A stretch of 64,000 nucleotides of DNA, taken from an uncultured Verrucomicrobiae bacterium. GTDB lineage: Bacteria; Verrucomicrobiota; Verrucomicrobiia; Verrucomicrobiales; Akkermansiaceae. The stretch covers positions 289,687 through 353,686 of the forward strand of contig CAVSNV010000006.1 in assembly GCA_963729485.1 (NCBI GenBank). The letters run 5' to 3'. The notes beneath the pieces were generated by a model, which saw only the letters and a program-made list of their open reading frames with translations, made no database searches and was not told the DNA's origin. Shown one piece after another: positions 50,625 to 61,799 of the stretch. Numbering within the stretch: the first letter of the stretch is position 1; every line of letters begins with the position of its first letter. Made by a program: the position numbers and the translations under genes.

Positions 50625-53600
50625 ATGAAGTCTTCTTGCCTAGCTCTGCTTCTCTCCCTCATCGCCGATCATTCCCCCCTCAGCGCGCAGGAAAAAATCC
50701 ACCTCATCTCCGAAGTTGCCCCCACCTCCGGCTGGAGCTTCGACAACGGACGGGAATTCAGAGGGGCCACGGGCAGCCTCTCCGCCGATGAAACCGAAAC
50801 CCACCAAGGCAACCCCAGCATTCACCTCCAGGGCGATTTCACAAAAGGCGGCATGTATGTCCAGACCGGCCTCAAATTCAAAACCACCGATATCGAAGAT
50901 CTTTCTTTTTGGGTAAAAGCCCCCGGTGCGGAGAATTTCACCCTCCGCCTCATCGATGGCACCGGCCAGTGCCACCAGCTCAAAATCCTCACCGACTCGT
51001 CCGACGAGTGGCAGCAGATCAATTTCCCCCTCAAAAAATTCTTCGCCAACCGCGGCAAGTCTGACGCCGTCCAAGGCGTCTCCCAATACCAGTCCTGGTC
51101 CGGAGCTAAGGACGGAAAATGGCACGCTCCCGCCAACGCCCTCTACATCCTCCTGGGCAAAGGCGAAAAAGCAGGCATCCGGGACCTATGGCTCAACGGC
51201 ATCACCATCACCCCGCCAGTCCCCCAAGCCCCCGTCTCCCTCATCCCCGCCACCGTGCCCCTGGTCGGCGGCGGCGCACCGGAGAACTGGACTTTCACCG
51301 ACGGCGCGGAGTTCAAGGGAGCCACCGGTAGCCTCGCTTGGGAAAACGGAGACATGCTCCTCTCCGGCGATTTCACCGAAGGCGGGGCCTACGTCGCCGC
51401 CGTCAACCGCCTCCCCTCCTTCAATCTCGAAACCGTCTCCAGCTTCCAGCTCGCCTACCGTTCCACCGACGCCAGCGCGATCCGCATCCAGCTCGTCGAT
51501 GCCACCGGCCAGACCCACCAGCGGAAAATCCCCATCACCGCCGACGGACAGCCCCACGGCCTCGAAATCATCCCGGAAAAAATCGCAGGCGGCGAGCACT
51601 GGGCCGGAGCCAACAACGGCAAATGGCACAACCCTCCCAAGCTCGTTTCCATCGCCCTCAACAAAGGCACCGACAAGAAAGAGAACACCCCCGCCCTCCG
51701 CATCACATCCCTCACCGCCGAAGGCAAAATGGCCACCCGCCCCGCCCCTGCGGCCTTCGCCGAAACCTTCGATGACCCCGCCACCCTCGCCACATGGAAA
51801 ACCGAAGGCAACGTCACCACCCCCAGAGAATACCTCCTCCTCGCCCGCCCCGAAAACGAAGCCTCCAAACCCACCTCCGCCACCAGCCCGGATTTCCCGG
51901 CCACCCCCGGCAACTGGAAAATCAACCTCACCGCGTCCTCCAGGCTCACCTCCCCGGACAACTCCTACAACGCGACCGTCCACTTCACCGCCCTCGACCT
52001 CACCGGCAAGGTCCTCGAAGAATTCAACCTCACCGAAACCTCCGGCGAAAAGATCATCCAGGAAACCTCCAAAACCATCCTCCTCCCGCCCGGCACCGTC
52101 GCCGCCCGCATCACCGCCCGGCTGAACAAAACCTGGGGCGAGTTCCGCCTCGGCGATATCTCCGCCGCCTTTCTCGCCCCCGCCAAAGCCAGCGCCAATC
52201 CCGTTTCCCGCATCCTCTTCTCCACCGCCGAGCTCGGCAACCTGCTCTTCCCCGACTCCCCCCGGAACGTGGAAATCACCGTCGAATCCACCGGACCCCT
52301 CCCGGAAAACCAGCGCGATCTAGCCATCACCCTCCGCAACTACTGGGGCAACGAAATCATCCCCCTCTCCAAACTCACCCTCGGCCCCGCCGAAAAGAAA
52401 GACGGAGCCTTCATCCACACCGCCACCTTCGATCTCTCCGCCGCCCCCTTGGAAATCGGCATCTACTACGAGATCGAAGCCAGCTCCGCCGCCCCCGGTA
52501 TGGAGCCGTTTTCTCACCAGACCTCCCTCGCCATCCTCCCCGAAGCCGCCACCCACGCATTCGCCCCCATGGAAATTCCCTTCACCGCGCGGAACTGGGA
52601 CAACCGCATCCCGGAATACATCCGCCTCACCAATCGACTCGGCGTGCGTATCTGCGGCCTCTGGGGAAGCTGGGATTCCAAGCCCCCTTACACAGCCAAA
52701 GTCCCCGGCCTCGCCCTCGTCAAAGAACTCGGCATGGGCTGGCTCACCACCACCCCCGCGAAATTCATCGAAGACGGCAAACGCGATTACTCCGAGACCG
52801 CCCTCCGCCAGGGCGCGAAAAACCTAATCTCCCGATTCGGCGACCACCGCCCCCTCATCATCAACCTCGGCAACGAACCCCACGGCACCGGAAAAATCGT
52901 CGAGGACAACGTCGCCGCCTACAAAGCCATCTACGAGGCCGTCAAGGAAACCGATCCTACCATACCCGTAGTAGCCACCTCCGTGAGAGCCCAACGAAGA
53001 GTATTTCAAAAACGGCTACGGGAAATACTGCGACGCCTTCGACTTCCACATCTACGAGAGTCCCGAAAAAGTCCGCGACAGCATCAAAAAATACCGAGCC
53101 CTCCAGGAGAAATACGATTGCGTCAAACCCATCTGGTCCACCGAACTAGGCCTCAACAGCCAGGGCCGGACCCGCCTCACTGTCGCCAGCGAAGTCTATA
53201 AAAAAGCAGCCGCCTTCTTCGCCGCGGGCGGGGAAAACTTCTCCTGGTTCGGCCTCCTCTACCCGGACAAGGAAGGCAAATCCCACGGCTCCTCCGGGGA
53301 TTCCCACAACATCTTCGACTGCCGTTTCAGCCGCTACGCTCCACGCCTCGATGCCATCGCCTATTACAATACCGTCAACTCCATCGCCGACAAAAAATTC
53401 GTCTCCGAGAAGACCTACGAAGACGGCACCAAAGCCTTTCTCTTCCGCAACGCCAAAAAACAGTCCCTCCAGATTCTCTGGAATGAAAAAGGCTGGGCCG
53501 ACGTCTCCCTCCCTCTCTCCGCCAAGGGCGAAATCACCCTCACCCGCATCGATGGCACCATCACGACTCTCCGACCGGACGGCAACGGAACTACGATAAG

Positions 53601-53922
53601 CATAGGAGAAGACCCTCTTCTCCTTGCCTACACCAGCACCGCATCGCTTCCCGATAAGCTGAATTCCGCCAGTTCCAAGTGGACTACCCTTCCGGACACT
53701 GTTTCCACCGAAAATGGATCCATCATCAGTTTCTCTACCGAAAATGGGATCAACCCCAAATTCATCCTTCCGCGCCTGTGGTCCTACGTCCCCGAAGAAG
53801 CCAACGCTTTCAAACTGATTCCCCCGTCCGCCACTGGAGCCCGCGAAATTCCCATCTCCCTCCTCCTATCGCGCGATGGCGAACCGATCGGCCAGCTCCA
53901 TCGCCGCCTACCGATCAAGTGA
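50625..53922 (+). CDS. Large secreted clan GH-A glycoside hydrolase with tandem N-terminal CBM-like modules (frameshift near 52985)
   Basis: Signal peptide; duplicated W.F..G.EF.GATGSL...GDFT.GG.YV module; NLGNEP, then FDFHIY and IWSTELG after the frameshift. Confidence 0.7.
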
Positions 53923-54035
53923 ATTCATGCGGATTCTTGTGTCAGGACCACTTCGCCCCCCGGCAAGAGGGCCAGGACGCGGTCTGCGGGTATCAACCTT
54001 CGAATCTGCGCCTCACGGTGTCCGCCCGGGAATCC

Positions 54036-55088
54036 TCACTCGGACGACAACTTGAATGTCTCGTCGAAATTCGAATCTGTGACCATCCAGTCAGCGGCCA
54101 CCACAGAGACAATCTCAACCTGGCGGCCGATGGAACCCGGCATTCGTTTCAGATCCAGGGTTACCCGGAAACTCGCCGCATCGCCCGGCGCGAGTTGAGT
54201 TCCCTCATCCTGCCCTCGTCTCAACGCCAGATCCTCCAGTGCATACATCGCCTCTCCCTGCGGACTATCGCGGCGGCAATATGCGTATACCACCGCATCG
54301 TGATCGGGACTGGTAAGACAGTAGCAGCTCCACCTCTCATCATCCGCATAGGCACCATTGTAATAGGTGTCCGTAGCCGCCATCACCCGAAAGGTTCCGG
54401 CATCGGCAGCGCCACCGATGAAGTCTCCGATTCCAACCTCCGAATGCCTGGCGAACGCATCGAAATCGATCTTCCACGCTCCCTCCCCATCAGTCCTGAA
54501 AAAAGCCACTCCCAAAGGTCCGCGCACCGGCACCGCGATCAGGGCTAGCGCCGGAACTTCGGACGATTTCAATTTCCCCACTTCGTGAATCTCGGCGACC
54601 GGAGGAAAGTTGACTAGGTATTCCACAGCCTCAACCGCAGATATCGCGCCAGGCAAGATCAATCCCGCCACCTCCCTCTCGTCGCGGGACGCGAGCAGTC
54701 TCTTCAACATTCCGAACGCATCGCGCGGTGCCAGCGGCACCAATGCAGCTTTCGCGGAATCCATCTCTCCGAAGACAGAACCCAACCCACCCGGGCCTTT
54801 TTCGCCGCCGGATGGGATATCACGGTAAATCACTACCGCCACCATCGCCGCGCAGACTACGAAGGCGAGACCCAAGCCCGTCAGCAAAGTCTTTCGCAGC
54901 GACCCTCCTTTCCCGGAACCGATCCCCGCCTTCATCCATTTCGCATCCTCGATATCGATCTCGCGGCGGACCTTCTTCTTGCGTTTCGTGGGAGTGACCT
55001 CGCAATCCGCCCCACCTACCCGTCTCGCCGCCTTGAAGCGCCCCCTGTTTTCATGTCTCGTTCTGCCCTCAGAGTTGTTGTTCATCAT
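54036..55088 (-). CDS. Hypothetical single-pass membrane protein
   Basis: 350-aa ORF with one TM segment; WKIDFDAFAR, YYNGAYAD motifs. Confidence 0.65.
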   Translation of the reverse strand: MMNNNSEGRTRHENRGRFKAARRVGGADCEVTPTKRKKKVRREIDIEDAKWMKAGIGSGKGGSLRKTLLTGLGLAFVVCAAMVAVVIYRDIPSGGEKGPGGLGSVFGEMDSAKAALVPLAPRDAFGMLKRLLASRDEREVAGLILPGAISAVEAVEYLVNFPPVAEIHEVGKLKSSEVPALALIAVPVRGPLGVAFFRTDGEGAWKIDFDAFARHSEVGIGDFIGGAADAGTFRVMAATDTYYNGAYADDERWSCYCLTSPDHDAVVYAYCRRDSPQGEAMYALEDLALRRGQDEGTQLAPGDAASFRVTLDLKRMPGSIGRQVEIVSVVAADWMVTDSNFDETFKLSSE

Positions 55089-55326
55089 CCTCAGAAAATG
55101 TTAGATCGGAATTTTTCTGTTAGTCCCTTTCTGTTAGTTCGAATCTCGGAATATGTTAGAACGCCATGATAGACTACCGATCAGTCGATCACAAGAACCG
55201 CTTTTTGAGTCGAATCTACTTTTATCTTGCTATTTTCATCAATCCCATCAACTGTCACAGCGTGATTCGGGTATGATCCTCCTATCCGTAGATCTCTTCC
55301 CTCCAAACCAACCTACCCTACCGAAA

Positions 55327-56193
55327 ATGAAGTCATTAAAGATCGCATCGGTCTCGCTCGCCGCAATGGCGCTGTGCGCCACCCAATCCACCCAAGCCGT
55401 TGGCCTCATTTCCCTGGTGGACGCAGGCCTGGGAGTCCAATCCCTCAATTCCTTCGATTCCTCCAACCCGGCAGCAGCTACGAGCATCGCTCCGATTTCG
55501 GGTCTCGAAATGAATGAAACCCTTCTCGGAATCGACTTTCGCCCCGCCAACGGAGCACTTTTCGGACTCGGCTCTGCGAGCAATCTATATACGGTAAACA
55601 CGGTGACCGGTGTTGCTTCGCTTGTGGGCACTGGTTTCAGCAACGTCACTCTCCCTGCGAACACCAATTTCGGATTCGATTTCAACCCCGTCATCGATCG
55701 TATTCGCATCGTCGGAACAGACGACACCAATACAGTCGGCAATCCGAACACCGGCGGCGACACCGTCGTCACCCCGGTTTTCTATCCGGCAGGCGATGCC
55801 AATGCAGGAGCCAATCCGAACCTCGTCCATCACGCCTACACAAATAGCGTCGACGGCGCTACCAGCACTCAGCTTTATGCCATCGACAGCAATCTGAACA
55901 TTCTTGTCACCCAAGCGAATAGCGCGGGCACCCTCGCCACCGTTGGCGGTCTCGGAATCGACATCGATGAGATCGGCGGCTTCGATATCGATCCAAGCGA
56001 TGGTACGGCTTATGCCGCTCTTTCTGTGGGTGGAGTTTCCTCCCTTTACACCATTAACCTGGCAACCGGCACAGCGACCCTCGTCGGTGGTCTCGCCACC
56101 GGCACCAGTGCTCTCGCTGTCGTTCCGGAGCCTTCCTCAGCTCTGCTCCTCGGATTCGGTGCACTCGCACTGCTCCGCCGTCGCCGCGGGTGA
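55327..56193 (+). CDS. PEP-CTERM protein with DUF4394-like domain
   Basis: Signal peptide, GIDFRPANG, GFDFNPVIDRIRIV, AYTNS, VPEPSS...RRRRG. Confidence 0.88.
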   Translation: MKSLKIASVSLAAMALCATQSTQAVGLISLVDAGLGVQSLNSFDSSNPAAATSIAPISGLEMNETLLGIDFRPANGALFGLGSASNLYTVNTVTGVASLVGTGFSNVTLPANTNFGFDFNPVIDRIRIVGTDDTNTVGNPNTGGDTVVTPVFYPAGDANAGANPNLVHHAYTNSVDGATSTQLYAIDSNLNILVTQANSAGTLATVGGLGIDIDEIGGFDIDPSDGTAYAALSVGGVSSLYTINLATGTATLVGGLATGTSALAVVPEPSSALLLGFGALALLRRRRG

Positions 56194-56221
56194 TTCGGAG
56201 TTTGAATCCCACCGACCTTCC

Positions 56222-56255
56222 AGTGGCGGCGATCTCTGATCGCCGCCACTTTTTT
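56222..56255 (+). terminator. Intrinsic terminator
   Basis: AGTGGCGGCGATC/GATCGCCGCCACT stem followed by a T run. Confidence 0.8.
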
Positions 56256-56267
56256 ATCGGGAAGAAT

Positions 56268-57281
56268 TCAAGTTCCTTTCCGGAAGTGATCGATCACCTG
56301 GTTTATGAAACGCATTTTCTCTATCACTTGATCGTTCAGAACAAAGGGGTAGAGATCGCCGGATCCTATGCTTCGCCCGAGCTGGTTCAACCGGAACGAC
56401 GTTGATAACCAGTGCTTGATCGTCTGTTCGAACTCCAACGGGGCACCCTCCGGGATGCCCGGCAGCAGCCCCACCGATACCGCGGTTTCAACCACATCAC
56501 GCATGTGCAAAAAGTGGGCGAACGTTTCCGCCCAGTCCTCGAACGGGTGGGACGAAGCGTATCGGGAAATATGCTTCTCCCGCCAGTCGTCGCCTCGTGG
56601 TCGGGCGTAATAAGCGGAAAGCGCGTTCGGGTAATCCGCACGTTCATCACCGAAAAGTTCTCGGAATTCTTGCTGGCGGCCGCGGTCAGCAATTAGCCGT
56701 TCCCAGTAGTAATGCCCGACTTCGTGGCGGAAATGACCAAGCAACGTCCGGTAGTCCTCGCCCATTTGTTGCCGCCTCGCTTCGCGGATCGCGGGATCAG
56801 CCTCGGCAAGCGTGATTGTGATGACCCCAGCGCTGTAACCTGTGAGGATGCCTTGCACATTATCGACCAAAAACTGGAATGACAGCCCTCTCGAGACATC
56901 CTCGGACTTCGGCGCCGGGCGTATCCCGAGCGTGTGAAGTGAGAAAAGCAACCGACGTTTGGCAATTTCCATGTCAGCCCAGAGTTTACGGTTCACTTCG
57001 AAAGAAACGTTCGGAGTAATCCCGGTGAAGCGACATGACAGGCAATAATCGGAAACATCCGCGGTTGGCACCAACTGGTTGCAAACGCGGTGCTCGGTAG
57101 AGTTCCTGCAGAGCCGGTAAGTCTTCCCGTCGCGGGCGGAAAGCTGACCCGAGCCATCTTTTTCGACAGAATGAACTTCGTAGCTGTCGGGCAATATCCC
57201 GAGGGTGGATCCGCAGCCGAGACACCTGAAGTTCTCGAAATAAACCGGAGTCCGGCAGCGGTCGCATTGAAACGTTCTCAT
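56268..57281 (-). CDS. Zinc-ribbon plus putative zinc-binding metallopeptidase
   Basis: CxxC pairs, YRTLLGHFRHEVGHYYW (HExxH), HPFEDWAETFAH. Confidence 0.85.
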   Translation of the reverse strand: MRTFQCDRCRTPVYFENFRCLGCGSTLGILPDSYEVHSVEKDGSGQLSARDGKTYRLCRNSTEHRVCNQLVPTADVSDYCLSCRFTGITPNVSFEVNRKLWADMEIAKRRLLFSLHTLGIRPAPKSEDVSRGLSFQFLVDNVQGILTGYSAGVITITLAEADPAIREARRQQMGEDYRTLLGHFRHEVGHYYWERLIADRGRQQEFRELFGDERADYPNALSAYYARPRGDDWREKHISRYASSHPFEDWAETFAHFLHMRDVVETAVSVGLLPGIPEGAPLEFEQTIKHWLSTSFRLNQLGRSIGSGDLYPFVLNDQVIEKMRFINQVIDHFRKGT

Positions 57282-57286
57282 CGCCG

Positions 57287-58093
57287 CTAACCTACGGTCA
57301 GAGCCGGAATTCCAAGCATTTCAGGGAGCGCGAGGCGCGGTCTGTCCGTCAGGATTTCAGGATCTCCGTGCGTGATCAGCACGGTATGCTCGAAATGGGC
57401 TGAGGGCTTCCTATCCTCCGTGATAACCGTCCAGCCATCTTCTAGAATACGGACACCTGCCACGCCTTGGTTGATCATAGGCTCGATGGCGAGGGTCATC
57501 CCCGGCATCAAGGTAGGAGACTTCCCGCGTGGGCGGAAATTCGGGACCTGCGGTTCTTCATGAAGTTTCCGCCCCACCCCGTGGCCGACGAACTCCTTCA
57601 CGATAGTGAAACCGAAAGGCTCGGCATACTCCGCGACCGCTCCACAGAGATCCGCAAGCTTCCTCCCCGCTCTCGCCTTCGAGATAGCCTCGTAGAGTGA
57701 TTGCTCGGTCACGGCGAGAAGACGTTTGGTCTCCAACGGAATCTCCCCGCAAGCTACAGTCGTCGCGTTATCGCCGATAAATCCGCTCTTCATCACTCCG
57801 ACATCGATTTTCACGATGTCACCGGGCTGGATGCGCCGAGGACCTCCAATACCGTGCACAACCTCTTCGTTCACGGAAATACAGATCTGTCCGGCAAATC
57901 CACGGTAATTCAGAAACGCGCTGGTCCCACCGTTCTTCTCGATCAGATCCGCAGCCAGATCATCAATCTCCTTGGTTGTGACACCGGGAGCGACAGTCGC
58001 GGCAAGTTGCTGCAGGATTTCCGACGCTATGCGCCCGGACTCGCGCATGCGTTCGATTTCTTTCGGCTTTTTGATTGGGATACGGACTCGCAT
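57287..58093 (-). CDS. map: Methionine aminopeptidase type I
   Basis: SVNEEVVHGI, GHGVGRKLHEEP, AIEPM, SAHFEHT. Confidence 0.97.
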   Translation of the reverse strand: MRVRIPIKKPKEIERMRESGRIASEILQQLAATVAPGVTTKEIDDLAADLIEKNGGTSAFLNYRGFAGQICISVNEEVVHGIGGPRRIQPGDIVKIDVGVMKSGFIGDNATTVACGEIPLETKRLLAVTEQSLYEAISKARAGRKLADLCGAVAEYAEPFGFTIVKEFVGHGVGRKLHEEPQVPNFRPRGKSPTLMPGMTLAIEPMINQGVAGVRILEDGWTVITEDRKPSAHFEHTVLITHGDPEILTDRPRLALPEMLGIPALTVG

Positions 58094-58898
58094 GCGCGGG
58101 AAAGTAGGGTGCGTTTTCGAAAATTCCCATTGCAAACCTTGCTTTTCTCAACAACCGCGTCAGGACCCTATCCGCAGATCGTTTCGGTCCCCCCAGCGGA
58201 GCAAAGGGGAATCTCCTTTTCACGAACGAAACCGCCGGTTGCCACGCAAGTGATATCCGACGCGGAAAATTCCGCTAGAACTGACTGGGCATTCCCCGTA
58301 AGCATCGAACGAGGTGATAAGATTCGTCCCCGCGTGGCCAATTAACGCAGCGGCGTGAGCGGCGTCTCCGGAAGCCGTTCGCGAGGTGTGCCCGCCGACG
58401 GCAAGGACCCGTAGCAATAGGTGTTGGTCCCATCCCGACCCAGGTTTCAGCCGAAATCTCATCCGAAGGAGTCCAGAATTCTACGGTAATCTGGCAAATC
58501 ACACTTTTAACGGCCTCAGAACATGCTTTGCGGAAGGTTCGATGAATCGCGCGATTTTTCCACGGACTCTGCAACGTGACTCTGGCGATTCGACGACATG
58601 CGCAAGCAAGATACCCGACGCGCGGTCACGTGGTCCCGGGACTGAACGACCGGGTCTTAGGACTGCTCTGGTCCGGCGCGGCACCCGACTGACAGCGACG
58701 GCATCCGGAAAACCGGAAAGCCGGAGATGTTCCTAGTGCATCGCCGGATCCCGCATCCGAGAACCAGGTTTGTTATGCTGTTTGAAAACGGATAAACCCG
58801 ATTCGCTGCTAGTCTTCAAGCCGTCGGTGAAAAGTCTCGGCACCCCTCCCCACCCGAAGGAGCCCCTGATCAGAGGCGAATCGCGGAACGGGCCCCAC

Positions 58899-59540
58899 CT
58901 AAATCCGTGAAACCTTTTCCAAAATAGCTTCAGCCACCTCTTCTTTTGGCAGGGAAGCGTCCGTCGGAACAAGCTTTCCCTGGGAGCGGTATCGTTCGAT
59001 CACCGGTAAGGTGAGAGAAGAAAACTCGGCATGGCGATTGCGGAAATTCTCCTCATCGTCATCAGACCTTGGACCGGCTTTGGTGTCACACTTAGGACAT
59101 TCTCCCTTTGGAGAGAGTTGGATCGCCTGACCCGACCAACGGCATTCCGGGCACTCCACCCGGTTGCGGATTCGGTCGAGAAGTTCGTGGTAAGGCACTT
59201 CAAGCGCGATGGCGGCATCAAGTCTTCTACGGTTTCCAGAAAGCATGTCGTCGAGAAACCTGGCCTGCGGGAGGCTGCGAGGAAATCCGTCCAAGACCCA
59301 ACCGGGACTGTCCGGGTGCTTCTCCAGCCAACTACCGATCACGGGGCACATCAGCTCGTCCGGTAGGTAACCGCCACGGGCGAGGATGGGCTTCGCCGCC
59401 AGACCGAGAACTGTCCCATTCTCGATATTCTCCCGGAGGAGGGCACCGGTACTGAGGTAGTCAAGATCCAACGCTGAGGCAAGCCGCCTTCCATGCGTTC
59501 CCTTTCCCGAAGCGGGAGGACCGAGAAGGACGACTCGCAT
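58899..59540 (-). CDS. adk: Adenylate kinase
   Basis: GPPASGKGT, LDGFPRS, Zn-binding LID with two CxxC. Confidence 0.92.
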   Translation of the reverse strand: MRVVLLGPPASGKGTHGRRLASALDLDYLSTGALLRENIENGTVLGLAAKPILARGGYLPDELMCPVIGSWLEKHPDSPGWVLDGFPRSLPQARFLDDMLSGNRRRLDAAIALEVPYHELLDRIRNRVECPECRWSGQAIQLSPKGECPKCDTKAGPRSDDDEENFRNRHAEFSSLTLPVIERYRSQGKLVPTDASLPKEEVAEAILEKVSRI

Positions 59541-59572
59541 GGGAAGCTTGTGGTTATTCTCGCAGCCTACGC

Positions 59573-61069
59573 TCAGGCGTGGGTGCTGTTATAGATATAT
59601 GCGGTGATACCGAGCACGATGAGAACCGCGATGATCAGCCAGAGATAGACGATCGCGTTGCGAGGCGCAGCGTTGTTCTGGTTGCCGAGGCGGTCGTAGC
59701 GACCCTTGAGTTTTCCTTTTCTAAGGAAACCGTCGTAGTGCTTCTGCAAGAGATGGGTTTCCACCTGGCGCATCACGTCAAGCACCACACCTACCATGAT
59801 GAGCAGCGATGTACCACCGAAGAAGTGGAGAACGAGCGATCCCGGAGGAAGGCCGACCAACTTTCCGATTACCGCCGGAAGGAAGAACAGGAGTGCCAGG
59901 AACAAAGCGCCGGCGAAGGTGAGGCGGGTCATGGTGAAATCGAGGAAATCCGCCGTGGGTTTTCCGGGACGCACGCCGGGGATGTATCCTCCGTTGCGTT
60001 TGAGATCCTCGGAAATCTGGGAGGGCTGGAACATCATCGCGACCCAGAAGTAGGAGAACAGGAAGATGCCGACACCACCGAGGATGTAATACCACATCCC
60101 GCCACCCACGAGCTCACCGTAGAGCTTCTGCGACCATGCCTGACCGGGGAAGAACCACTGGAGCATCATCGGAGGAAGTGAGAGCACGGCGGAGGCGAAG
60201 ATGATCGGCATCACACCGGCGTAATTCACTTTCAGAGGCAGATATTGTGTCTGACCGCCGAATTGCTTGCGGCCGACCACGCGCTTCGCGTATTGCACCG
60301 CGATTTTCCGCTGTGCCTGGGTGATCGCGATGGTTCCTGCGATAACGATCAGAAGCAGAGCGATCATCACTACCATCATGATGGCCTTGAAAGGATCTCC
60401 GTCCGTGAAGTAGCCCCATGCCTGGATCAACGCACCGGGTAGGGCCGAGATGATGTTCACCGTGATAATGATGGAGATTCCGTTGCCGATACCTTTTTCA
60501 GTCATCTGGTCGCCGATCCACATAAGGAGGATGGTTCCGGCGACGATGGTAAGGACGGTAAGTGAGAACCATGCCATCGATGGATCGGGAACGAGAGGGC
60601 GACCGATTTTCTCAATTCCCGCCATGTAGGGGATACTGCCCGGGTTGGTGAGGGATTTCGCAACGAAGAACCCCTGCACGAGCGCGATCACGATCGTGAT
60701 GTAGCGGGTGTACTGGGTGATTTTCTGGCGACCTCCGTCCTCACGGGCGAGACGGGAGAATTTCGGAACGATAGCTGTCATCAGCTGCACCATGATCGAT
60801 GCGGAGATGTATGGCATGATGCCGAGGGCGAACACACCGCACTGGGTGAGGCCACCTCCGGAGAAAACCGTAAGCAGCGCCGTCATCCCGCCGGATTGGG
60901 TCGCGTCCTGTTTGCGAACGTTATCAAGCCATTCCTTGATCACGGTGGCATCCACTCCGGGGAGCGTGATATGCACACCGAGACGGACGATGACGATAAG
61001 GGCGAGGGTAAATAGAATGCGGTCCCGCAATTCGGGGATCTTCCAAGTGTTCGCAAAAGCTGAGATCAT
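59573..61069 (-). CDS. secY: Preprotein translocase SecY
   Basis: FALGIMPYISASI, GIGNGIS, GVMPIIFA, IPGVRPG, GGTSLLI. Confidence 0.97.
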   Translation of the reverse strand: MISAFANTWKIPELRDRILFTLALIVIVRLGVHITLPGVDATVIKEWLDNVRKQDATQSGGMTALLTVFSGGGLTQCGVFALGIMPYISASIMVQLMTAIVPKFSRLAREDGGRQKITQYTRYITIVIALVQGFFVAKSLTNPGSIPYMAGIEKIGRPLVPDPSMAWFSLTVLTIVAGTILLMWIGDQMTEKGIGNGISIIITVNIISALPGALIQAWGYFTDGDPFKAIMMVVMIALLLIVIAGTIAITQAQRKIAVQYAKRVVGRKQFGGQTQYLPLKVNYAGVMPIIFASAVLSLPPMMLQWFFPGQAWSQKLYGELVGGGMWYYILGGVGIFLFSYFWVAMMFQPSQISEDLKRNGGYIPGVRPGKPTADFLDFTMTRLTFAGALFLALLFFLPAVIGKLVGLPPGSLVLHFFGGTSLLIMVGVVLDVMRQVETHLLQKHYDGFLRKGKLKGRYDRLGNQNNAAPRNAIVYLWLIIAVLIVLGITAYIYNSTHA

Positions 61070-61232
61070 GATGGTGGGGAAAACTTTAAACTCTAAACTA
61101 CAAACTTTGATCGATGCGGACTGCGCCGATGCTGGTTCACGCTCCGGCTCGCCGGACGCAGGTTTTAATAGCACGGAGAGGAAGCGTGCAAGCGCTTCCT
61201 CTCCTCAATTCAGATGATGTATACCGTGGCGA

Positions 61233-61730
61233 TCAAGCGTCGGAGGCGTCTGCTTCTGGCTTGGCCGGGGTCCGTGTTTTCGGAGCGGGATCCGCGAAGC
61301 TTCCGCCCGCTTTCTCGATCTTTTCACGGGCAGTCTTGCTGACCTTGTGAAAAACGACCTTGTAGGAGTTTTCAACCTCCCCGTCACCGAGTAGCTTGAT
61401 CTTGTCACAGGGACCGTCGAGCAGACCGCAAGCGCGGAGCGCCGCTTCGTCAACCGTCGCGCCGGACTCGAAACGTCCGTCGAGATCGCCGACGTTCACG
61501 ACGAGAAATTTGTCGCGGAAGTCGAAGTTGTTGAAACCGCGCTTCGGAAGACGGCGGTGAAGTGGCATCTGGCCACCCTCGAAACCGACACGGGTGCCGG
61601 AGCCGGAACGGGCTTTCTGACCTTTGTGGCCTTTGCCGGAAGTCTTGCCTTGGCCGGAGCTTTCACCCGCGCCGAGGCGCTTGTTGCGATGCTTCGCACC
61701 GGGGTTTGGTGTGAGATTATGGAGTTCCAT
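61233..61730 (-). CDS. rplO: 50S ribosomal protein L15
   Basis: GKTSGKGHKGQKARSG, FEGGQMPLHRRLPKRGF. Confidence 0.98.
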   Translation of the reverse strand: MELHNLTPNPGAKHRNKRLGAGESSGQGKTSGKGHKGQKARSGSGTRVGFEGGQMPLHRRLPKRGFNNFDFRDKFLVVNVGDLDGRFESGATVDEAALRACGLLDGPCDKIKLLGDGEVENSYKVVFHKVSKTAREKIEKAGGSFADPAPKTRTPAKPEADASDA

Positions 61731-61799
61731 ATGTGTAAACGGGTATTAAGTGATTGGTGATTGGATGTAGGGTTATCCACCCCCATCCAATTTCAAATA

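Noticed and set aside
50926-53149. Pro/Ser/Arg-rich alternative-frame ORFs within the glycoside hydrolase gene
   Set aside because: Artefacts of extreme C-ending codon bias
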